Positions 41,307-49,153 of a DNA stretch of 64,000 nucleotides are shown here, in pieces; positions within the stretch are counted from its first letter, which is position 1; every line of letters starts with the position of its first letter. The position numbers were made by a program, and so were the translations under genes. The DNA is from Clostridia bacterium (GTDB taxonomy: Bacteria; Bacillota; Clostridia; Acetivibrionales; DSM-27016): assembly GCA_026414765.1 (NCBI GenBank), contig JAOAIJ010000047.1:27297-91296 (forward strand), in the 5' to 3' direction. Under the pieces are notes generated by a model that saw only the letters and a list, made by a program, of their open reading frames with translations, made no database searches and was not told the DNA's origin.

Positions 41307-42578
41307 CTATGCGGAAAAGTCCTTATCACTAAATAAGTGTTTCAGACCTGTTTCCTTAAATAACTGATCAAACCTACTGTTTTGTTCCTCCAACGGAGTT
41401 TTTTTAGTAGCAAAAACAGATTTCAGCATGTTTAGTGCTTCCTGCATCTGCTCAATCGTTGGTTCATTTCCAGCGATCTCCATATCCTCCTGCATTTGCT
41501 TCACCTTCTTATATGGCTTGATTACACCATTTTGATACTCATCGTTGTCCCAATTGTTGTTTTTGGTGCATACTGCAATTGCAAGACATCTTGTAATCAG
41601 CTTCATGCGCATTTCTATACAGTCTTGTACTTTAACCGGAATTATTGAAAGTGCTTCTCCCAAATTCTTTATATCCTCTTCCTGGTCATATGAAAATGTA
41701 TTAATTGAAGAAGTGTTGTTCTTCATAAGATTCCTCAATACTGTCTGTGGACCAAGCTCAATTGCCAGATTAACCCCTTGCGCTTCGAGATACTTCATGG
41801 ATTCAATCCAGCGTACGGGCTTTATTATTTGCTGGTACAGGCAGTCCACTATGTATTCGTAACCATCATAGGGCAAAGCAGTAACATTTGAAACCACGTC
41901 CCACTTCAAATGGCTGTATGCGTACTTCTGGAGTTCTTCTCTCAGTTTGTCTGCAGCAGGCTGCATCAGAGGACTGTGAAATGGTGCACTTACTTTTAAA
42001 GGTATTACTCTTGCACCTGACTTTTTCAGTTCATCACCTGCACCGTTAACAGCGGTTGTATGGCCTGAAATAACAATCTGTCCGGGTGAGTTGTAATTTG
42101 AGATTACAACCATACGGTCATTATCTGAAAACTTTTTGCATACAGCTTCTATTTCTTCTTTATTTATTCCGCTGACAGCCGCCATCGCGCCTATACCCTG
42201 AGGAACAGCTTCCTGCATAAACCTGCCCCTGCTGCGGACAATGCTTACAGCGTCCTGGAATTTTATTGCTCCTGCACATACCAGAGCAGAAAACTCTCCC
42301 AGACTGTGTCCTGCAAGATATGCTGGCTCTTCCCCAAATTCACTCATATATGCTTTAAAAGCAGCTACACTGACAGTTAGTATTGCAGGCTGTGTATTTT
42401 CAGTTTTTGTCAATTCCGCTATATCACCTTCAAAACAGAGTTTTTTCAAATCAAATCCCAACACTTCACTTGCTTCACCAAACAGTTCCCTGGCCTCAGG
42501 ATAATTTTCATAAAGATTTTTACCCATACCTACATACTGAGAACCCTGACCCGGAAACAATAATGCAATCTTTTTCAT
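41307..42578 (-). CDS. discrete (trans) acyltransferase, FabD-like with a ~110-aa C-terminal extension, copy 2
   Basis: LFPGQGSQYVGM, GHSLGEFSAL, RGRFMQ, VSAPFHSPLM. The ATG directly abuts the TAA stop of the upstream NRPS gene. Confidence 0.88.
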   Translation of the reverse strand: MKKIALLFPGQGSQYVGMGKNLYENYPEARELFGEASEVLGFDLKKLCFEGDIAELTKTENTQPAILTVSVAAFKAYMSEFGEEPAYLAGHSLGEFSALVCAGAIKFQDAVSIVRSRGRFMQEAVPQGIGAMAAVSGINKEEIEAVCKKFSDNDRMVVISNYNSPGQIVISGHTTAVNGAGDELKKSGARVIPLKVSAPFHSPLMQPAADKLREELQKYAYSHLKWDVVSNVTALPYDGYEYIVDCLYQQIIKPVRWIESMKYLEAQGVNLAIELGPQTVLRNLMKNNTSSINTFSYDQEEDIKNLGEALSIIPVKVQDCIEMRMKLITRCLAIAVCTKNNNWDNDEYQNGVIKPYKKVKQMQEDMEIAGNEPTIEQMQEALNMLKSVFATKKTPLEEQNSRFDQLFKETGLKHLFSDKDFSA

Positions 42579-45500
42579 TTATATCATCCTTTCTATAATT
42601 GAATCTATAACCTCTACATAGTAGTAAGCCAGCTCATCAATCTTTTCTTTTCTTATACGGTTTGCATCGTACTCAAATGTCAGGTTTAATATGTCATTTT
42701 CAATCCTTGCCTTCAGGATAATATCAAAGTAGTTTGTATGATCTGAATCTATAGTGCCGCTGTTGTGGGAAAAAAGCAAAAACACCGAATCTATCTGCTT
42801 GTCACTTCTGATATTCCTTAAGTATTTAAGTGGTAGCGAATCATTTTTACTAATTTTCTCCCTTTTTTCTGCTACAGTTTTGATTAATTCCCTTATGTCC
42901 TTTAAGCCTCCCAGTTCAAATTCCATAGGCATTACCCGTTCTGTACCCTCTAATACAAGGCTTATAGGTATTTCTTCTTTTCCGGACAATTCATAAAACA
43001 AATACACATATGCTCCAAGTAATACATCACTTAAAGCAGTACTATGTTTTTCCGCCGCTTTCACCAGAGCAATACTTGTTTCAGAGTCCAGCTTAAGATT
43101 AATGATTGTGTTTTCGTTCTCTTCTTCATTATCTGTAAAGTACTCCGGCACAATCTTAAGGGATTGGAATTTCACATCACTTATAGTAATTTCTTCTCCT
43201 CCCTCTATCATTTCTGCCAGTTTTGATATTGAAGGATGTGCAAAAATATCTGCAACGTTTACCTTTCCAGGATAATGCTTTTCCAGCTCGGCATGCATCA
43301 TTACCAGAAGTAGTGAGTTTCCGCCAAGCTCAAAAAAGTTATCATCAACACCGATCAGATCCCGCTTCAAAACTTTTCCCCAAATATCAGCAAGTACTTT
43401 TTCCGCTTCTGTCTCTGCGCCTTTATATTCCGATGATAGCTTCGGCCTGTTGAAATCCGGTTCCGGCAGAGCCTTTCTGTCAATTTTTCCATTTGGAGTA
43501 GAAGGAAGCTTGTCCATATGTACATAAATATCCGGAACCATATATTCAGGTAAACTTTTTGACAGGTGATTCCTCAAATCCGACAGGGAAATTTCTGCAG
43601 GTGACGAATAATACGCCACAAGGAACTTGATTCCTGTTTGATCTTCCTTTGCAACTACTGCACATTCTCTGATTCCCTCAAATCTGCTCAGATGCTTTTC
43701 TATTTCCCCTGGCTCAATCCTGTATCCCCTGATCTTCACCTGCTGATCCACTCTTCCCAAGCACTCCAGCCTGCCATCATGTAAAAGCCTTGCCATATCT
43801 CCGGTGCAGTACATTTTTTCACTCTCATGGAAAGGGTCATCAATAAATTTTTCAGCTGTCAGCTCCGGCCTGTTCAAATAACCTCTTGCCAACCCGTCAC
43901 CGGCAATGCATAGTTCCCCGGCAACCCCCACAGGTACAGCTTTTTTCGCTTTATTAAGAACATATACTCTTGTATTTGCAATCGGCTTGCCGACATCTAT
44001 GTTTTCAGCACCTGAAAGCTCACTTATTGTAGACCATACTGTGGTTTCAGTCGGTCCGTACATATTATATATCCTTGAATCTGTCAATCCTTTTAGCTCC
44101 AATAAAAGATTTTGTGGGAAAGCTTCTCCACCTATCATAATTATCTTAAGCTTTTTTAGACAGGAAAGACTGCTGGCACCCTTCAACAGAAGCTGCATCC
44201 TTGAAGGTGTAATTTGAAGCATTTCAACATTATTTATGTCAATTACCTCATTTAAAAGTTTTGAATCCCGCTGCTGCATTTCATCAGCAATGACAATTCT
44301 CAAACCCTTTGTCAAAGGCAGAAGTATTTCAAGTACATGAATATCAAAAGATATTGTCGTCAATGCTAGGATACTTTTTCCCTTACTGAAATCTATTCTG
44401 TCCGTAACTCCTTTGATAAAATTTGAAACAGCTTTATGCTCAATCATTACACCTTTAGGTTTACCGGTTGAGCCTGAAGTATATATAACATAGGCAAGGT
44501 CCTCAGAAGTATTTACAATTTCAGGATCGCCGGTTTCTGAACAATAAGCCTTTTCATCTTCCAAGTTTACTAAATCAATACCCGATAGTCCGGCTCCAGC
44601 TTCCGAACTGCCCGAAAACCCCAATCTGTCTAATAACGAAGATTGAGTTAACAATATTTGAGCCCCGCTGTCCTCCAACATATAAGTCACTCTATCCATA
44701 GGATAATCGGGGTCTATAGGTAAATAAGCCCCACCGGCTTTTAATACAGCCATAATAGCTACTACCATATCAACGGACCGTCCTGTCATTATGCCTACTA
44801 TGCTGTCAGGCTTGACACCTTTTTTCCTCAGAGTCCACGCTATCTGGTTTACTCTTTTGTTCAGATCTGCATATGTCAGCGCATTACCATGGAAAACTGC
44901 AGCCGGACTCTCAGGTGTATTTTTTACCTGCTCCTCAAATTGCTCATGTATTGTTTTGGATTTTGGATACTCAGTATCCGTATTGTTGATACGGTAGACA
45001 GCATTTTCCTTTTCTTCAGGAGTCAGCATATCAATTTCGCAGAGCTTGGCTTCAGGATTATTGATCGCATTTTCCAATATGTTTATAAAATGCCTTCCAA
45101 GCCTCTCTATTGTTTGCCTTTTGAATATCCCGGCATAATAATTTATTTCCAGCTCTATTTCGTTCTTGCTTTCAGTAGCAATGAAACTCAAATCATATTG
45201 AGCCATTTTGAATTTGTAATCATATCTGCTGATATCCAAGCCTTCTGCTTTTATTTCATCAATCCGCATGTTCTGCAAAATGAACATCGCATCAAATATA
45301 GGGTTTCTGCTCAAATCCCTTTTTACCTTAAGTTCATCTACCAGCTGCTCAAAGGGATAATCCTGGTTATCAAACACTTTTAGAACATTACTTCCTACTT
45401 CCTTCAAAAATTCTTCAAAGGATTTATCGGGCTCAGGAAAATTTCTGAATACCAGTGTATTCACAAACACTCCCAATACACTATATGTGTCCGCATGCCT

Positions 45501-46562
45501 TCTTCCTGCCGTAGGTGAACCTACGATAATATCATTTTGTCCGGAGTAGTTTGCCAAAAGAAGGTTGTATACCGCCAGCAGCAGGGTAAACAATGTAATT
45601 CTTTTCTCCCTGGCAAACTTATTCAGTTTTTCCTTAAGCTCATATTCAATCTTAATCTTTAATGTATCACCTTGAAAACTAAACACCTGCGGCCTCATAT
45701 AATCGGCAGGAATATCCAAGGCAGGGATTTCACCTTTCAGCTGTTCATGCCAGAAAGTTTTTTGTGCCTGAATAAGATTACTCTTTAAAAGCCGCCTATG
45801 CCAGTACACATAGTCTTTATACTGTATCCTTAATTCAGGCAGGCCCTTTCCTGCATACAGGTCATTGATTTCTTTTACAAGGATTGATTCAGAGATACCA
45901 TCAGAGATTAAATGATGCATATCCTGTATCAATATATGGATAGGAATACTACCTGAACTCTTTAGCTTCACCAGTTTGAATCTGAACAGAGGCAGCTTGG
46001 AAAGATCAAAAGGCCGTATAAAATCCTTTATAACCGCTTCTAAGTTTTCTTCACCATCTTCCAGCTCCTGGTATTCTATACTTAATTCTACCTTACTATG
46101 AACCCTCTGTATCGGTTCGCCATCCCTAAGTTCAAAACTGGTTCTTAAGGGTTCATGCCTTTGTGCCAGTTTTTCTATAACTTTAGAAAACTTTGTCCTG
46201 TCAAAATCTCCATGGATTTTTAAAACCTGTGTAAGGTTATACGCTGTACTGTCTTTGTCCGACAGGGTCATAATATACATTCTCTGCTGTGCGGCAGATA
46301 AAGAGTAATTCTCACTTTCTTCGATTTTTACAATTGGCTGGTAAAAAATATTATCTTCATCTTGTGTTTCAAAAAATGCGATAATCTCAGCTTTCTTTTC
46401 TATGATAAACTTTTGTATCCCGTCTGTAATAGACCCCTTCGGAGCCTTGTAACGTAATGCACCGTTATCAACCCATAGCTTTATTTTCTTTTTTCCGATT
46501 TCTGTAACGAAGTCACTAACCGACATTTCGAAATAATCTTCACGGTTATTTTCTTCAAACAT
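42579..46562 (-). CDS. NRPS module: TubC_N-type docking, C, A (Gly-like code), T, truncated C-terminal half of a C domain
   Basis: KLWVDNGALRYKAPKG; C3 MHHLISDG; A: YTSGSTGKPKG, GELCIAGDGLARGY, NGKIDRKAL; T: FFELGGNSLL. Pocket code read as DILQMGMVWK. Confidence 0.9.
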   Translation of the reverse strand: MFEENNREDYFEMSVSDFVTEIGKKKIKLWVDNGALRYKAPKGSITDGIQKFIIEKKAEIIAFFETQDEDNIFYQPIVKIEESENYSLSAAQQRMYIMTLSDKDSTAYNLTQVLKIHGDFDRTKFSKVIEKLAQRHEPLRTSFELRDGEPIQRVHSKVELSIEYQELEDGEENLEAVIKDFIRPFDLSKLPLFRFKLVKLKSSGSIPIHILIQDMHHLISDGISESILVKEINDLYAGKGLPELRIQYKDYVYWHRRLLKSNLIQAQKTFWHEQLKGEIPALDIPADYMRPQVFSFQGDTLKIKIEYELKEKLNKFAREKRITLFTLLLAVYNLLLANYSGQNDIIVGSPTAGRRHADTYSVLGVFVNTLVFRNFPEPDKSFEEFLKEVGSNVLKVFDNQDYPFEQLVDELKVKRDLSRNPIFDAMFILQNMRIDEIKAEGLDISRYDYKFKMAQYDLSFIATESKNEIELEINYYAGIFKRQTIERLGRHFINILENAINNPEAKLCEIDMLTPEEKENAVYRINNTDTEYPKSKTIHEQFEEQVKNTPESPAAVFHGNALTYADLNKRVNQIAWTLRKKGVKPDSIVGIMTGRSVDMVVAIMAVLKAGGAYLPIDPDYPMDRVTYMLEDSGAQILLTQSSLLDRLGFSGSSEAGAGLSGIDLVNLEDEKAYCSETGDPEIVNTSEDLAYVIYTSGSTGKPKGVMIEHKAVSNFIKGVTDRIDFSKGKSILALTTISFDIHVLEILLPLTKGLRIVIADEMQQRDSKLLNEVIDINNVEMLQITPSRMQLLLKGASSLSCLKKLKIIMIGGEAFPQNLLLELKGLTDSRIYNMYGPTETTVWSTISELSGAENIDVGKPIANTRVYVLNKAKKAVPVGVAGELCIAGDGLARGYLNRPELTAEKFIDDPFHESEKMYCTGDMARLLHDGRLECLGRVDQQVKIRGYRIEPGEIEKHLSRFEGIRECAVVAKEDQTGIKFLVAYYSSPAEISLSDLRNHLSKSLPEYMVPDIYVHMDKLPSTPNGKIDRKALPEPDFNRPKLSSEYKGAETEAEKVLADIWGKVLKRDLIGVDDNFFELGGNSLLLVMMHAELEKHYPGKVNVADIFAHPSISKLAEMIEGGEEITISDVKFQSLKIVPEYFTDNEEENENTIINLKLDSETSIALVKAAEKHSTALSDVLLGAYVYLFYELSGKEEIPISLVLEGTERVMPMEFELGGLKDIRELIKTVAEKREKISKNDSLPLKYLRNIRSDKQIDSVFLLFSHNSGTIDSDHTNYFDIILKARIENDILNLTFEYDANRIRKEKIDELAYYYVEVIDSIIERMI
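42582..43190 (-). other. 203-aa C-terminal lobe of a condensation-like domain lacking the HHxxxDG lobe
   Basis: IINLKLDSETSIALVKAAEKHSTALSDVLLGAYVYLFYELSG...LNLTFEYDANRIRKEKIDELAYYY. This matches the pattern seen after motif C3 in the two full C domains of this cluster. Confidence 0.5.
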
Positions 46563-46627
46563 GAAACAACCTCCATAAAAATAGTCACTAACCCTTTACT
46601 AAATAATCTTATGAGAATTCATATGTC

Positions 46628-47818
46628 TTAAAACCCATCAAGATTATTTATTGAATTTTTTAGTTGAATGAATATCTCCTCCTCGTAATCCGCGAGAGCC
46701 TTAACCCTGAGAGAAATTTTGGTGTTTACCGGGTCCGGCTCATCCAACAAAGCCCCCTTCATAACAAGTGTGTGCACTGTATGCCACTTTGAGGATGCTG
46801 TCTCCAGTCCGGCAATAATTGTAGATATATCAGGCACATCATGATATACGCTCAGGGCTTTTAAGAATTTTGCAAACTGCCGTCTTCCCCGGACAATCTC
46901 ATCAATCTTTAAAGATATAAGCCAGTTATAGAAATTGTTATACTCTTGAGCTTCTTTAACATAATCAATGTTTTTTTCAAAGTAGCCTGCAAATTCCCTC
47001 ATGGCATTAAACGCTCCGGGAGTTTGCTTTTTGCCTTCGATTTTCAGCATATTATCCTTTAGAAGGTCAAGCCAGGGCAGCTGACTGTTTACATTTTCAT
47101 CAAACCTGATTTTAGTTATTATTGGGCCAATACCTTCTTTAAGTTCATCAACCGAAATATACAATTGTTTTTCCGGTGAAGTGTATGGGTCTATATATAT
47201 AAGGCTATTATTGAGGGAATCTATTCCAACCGCCATAAACGAGTGATAATAAAAATGACTCTTCTTATAATTAGGTGCACAAGGATTCCAATAAGAGTCT
47301 ATCCAAATGATTAAAGGCCTTCCTTCTTCCAGTTCACTCTTAGCAGTATCCAGAACTTGTTCTAACGACTTTACCTCGCAGTTGAAAAGCTTAATGCCAA
47401 GGAAATCTTCTGCCAGCCGCTGGGAATCATTGATACCTGAATCAATCATATTACCAATGATTCCTTGCCTGTCAGCGTCCGGTGTAAATTCGAATCCCCA
47501 TGAATCGGCAAAAACCACTTCATATTCCAGACCTCTCCAGACTGCCAGACTGGCTATCAAGTCCTGAGTACAGTCACAAGTAACATCATGAACGGAATCA
47601 ACATTCAGTAAAATATAGTTTTTACGTAGACTTCTTACTATTTCTTCTTTTTTTTCCCCTATTGTTTTTAGCATCTCCTGTGTAAGTACCCCTTTTGGAG
47701 CCTTATAACGCAATATGTTTCCATCTACCCACAATTTTACCTTCCTATTGTTAAGTTCTTCCAAAAGGTTGTTAATTGTCTGGCTGCCGTCCTCAATGTT
47801 ACCTATGTTCACAAGCAT
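46628..47818 (-). CDS. stand-alone BtrH_N/DUF4872-like Cys/His protein with an N-terminal TubC_N-type NRPS docking domain
   Basis: N-terminus LLEELNNRKVKLWVDGNILRYKAPKGVLTQEMLKTIGEKKEEIV, then CDCTQDLIASLAVWRGLEYEVVFADSWGFEF and EEGRPLIIWIDSYWNPCAPNYKKSHFYYHSFMAVGID. GGAGGGG RBS. Confidence 0.6.
   Translation of the reverse strand: MLVNIGNIEDGSQTINNLLEELNNRKVKLWVDGNILRYKAPKGVLTQEMLKTIGEKKEEIVRSLRKNYILLNVDSVHDVTCDCTQDLIASLAVWRGLEYEVVFADSWGFEFTPDADRQGIIGNMIDSGINDSQRLAEDFLGIKLFNCEVKSLEQVLDTAKSELEEGRPLIIWIDSYWNPCAPNYKKSHFYYHSFMAVGIDSLNNSLIYIDPYTSPEKQLYISVDELKEGIGPIITKIRFDENVNSQLPWLDLLKDNMLKIEGKKQTPGAFNAMREFAGYFEKNIDYVKEAQEYNNFYNWLISLKIDEIVRGRRQFAKFLKALSVYHDVPDISTIIAGLETASSKWHTVHTLVMKGALLDEPDPVNTKISLRVKALADYEEEIFIQLKNSINNLDGF
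47621..47785 (-). other. TubC_N-like docking domain on the BtrH-like protein
   Basis: KLWVDGNILRYKAPKG core, shared with the N-termini of the NRPS genes at 46365..46529 and 56150..56314. Confidence 0.7.
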
Positions 47819-47843
47819 TTTGCCCCTCCAGATAGTTCGTCGA

Positions 47844-49106
47844 TTATGCTGTATAGTCTTTAAACAAATCCTTTGTCCCTGTTGTTTCCAGTATTTTATT
47901 TAGCCTTTCCATCTGCTCGCTGGCAGGAACCTTCTTGGTGTTCAGCACATTTTTCAGCATATCCAAAGCCTCCCTGACCTCTTCGATTGTAGGCTGTCTG
48001 CCTTCCTTTTCCAGCTCATCACGCAAATTTGTCATTTTTCTATATGGCTCAACAACACCTTTTTGGTATTCCTGTTCATCCCAGTTACTGTTTTTTGTAG
48101 AGACAGCAGTCGCAATGCATTTAGTAATAACGGACATTCCTTGCTTTATGTCTTCCACTCCACTGCCATCCGATGATAATAGCTTCTTTGCAGCTTGTAC
48201 GTCAGAGTCTACATCATAAGAAAATGTCTTTATGCCCGGAGCATTTTTCTTCATAAGATTTCTCAACACTGTCTGTGGCCCCAGCTCTATAGCCAGCTCA
48301 ACTCCCTGCTTTTGTACAAACTCCATGGAAGGCTGCCATCTTACAGGCTGTACGATCTGCTTGGATAAATATTCAATTATGCTTACACTTCCCGGATATG
48401 GCATGGCAGTCACATTTGAAACGACAGGAAACTTCAGTTCATTGTATGAGTATTTCCCCATTTCTTCCATTAATTTTTCTGCAGCCGGCTTCATCAGGGG
48501 ACTGTGGAAAGGAGCGCTTACTTTTAGAGGAATTATCCTTGCTCCAAGGGATGTAAGCTTTTCACCCGCTTCTTTTACAGCTTCTGAATGCCCTGATATG
48601 ACAATCTGATCAGGAGAATTGTAGTTTGATACAACTACAGTTTTTCCATTAATTGAAGCCCTGACACAAACGTCTTCTATAACACTCTTATCTACTCCAC
48701 TGACAGCCGCCATACCACCTAACCCCACAGGTACGGCTTCCTGCATGAATTTCCCTCTCTGCCTCACTATCCTTACAGCATCAGAAAAGTTTATCCCTCC
48801 GGCACAACATAAAGCAGAAAATTCACCCAGACTGTGTCCTGCTGCAAATTCAGGCTCTATACCTATTTCCTTCATATATACCCTGAATGCCGCTACACTG
48901 GCAGTTAATAATGCCGGCTGTGTATTCTCGGTTTTCGTCAATTCTTCCATACTGCCTTCAAAACAGAGCTTTTTCAAGTCGAAACCCAAAGTCTCGTTTG
49001 CTTCCTGAAAGATTTCTCTTGCCTCCGTATACAAGTCGCAAAGATTCTTTGCCATTCCAACGTATTGTGAACCCTGTCCCGGAAATAATAAAGCAATTTT
49101 TTTCAT
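47844..49106 (-). CDS. discrete (trans) acyltransferase, FabD-like with a ~110-aa C-terminal extension, copy 1
   Basis: GGAGGAA RBS supports ATG 49106 (MKKIALLFPGQGSQYVGM). GHSLGEFSAL, RGKFMQ, VSAPFHSPLM. Clear paralogue of 41307..42578. Confidence 0.88.
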   Translation of the reverse strand: MKKIALLFPGQGSQYVGMAKNLCDLYTEAREIFQEANETLGFDLKKLCFEGSMEELTKTENTQPALLTASVAAFRVYMKEIGIEPEFAAGHSLGEFSALCCAGGINFSDAVRIVRQRGKFMQEAVPVGLGGMAAVSGVDKSVIEDVCVRASINGKTVVVSNYNSPDQIVISGHSEAVKEAGEKLTSLGARIIPLKVSAPFHSPLMKPAAEKLMEEMGKYSYNELKFPVVSNVTAMPYPGSVSIIEYLSKQIVQPVRWQPSMEFVQKQGVELAIELGPQTVLRNLMKKNAPGIKTFSYDVDSDVQAAKKLLSSDGSGVEDIKQGMSVITKCIATAVSTKNSNWDEQEYQKGVVEPYRKMTNLRDELEKEGRQPTIEEVREALDMLKNVLNTKKVPASEQMERLNKILETTGTKDLFKDYTA

Positions 49107-49153
49107 GTGATTTCCTCCAATCATAACTCTTTGTTTTGTATATTTAATTAAGT

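Noticed and set aside
41307-49106. DNA-level repeat between 41.3-42.6 kb and 47.8-49.1 kb, considered as a possible mobile element or recent insertion
   Set aside because: The repeat corresponds exactly to the two paralogous FabD-like AT coding sequences. There are no terminal inverted repeats, transposase or integrase genes.
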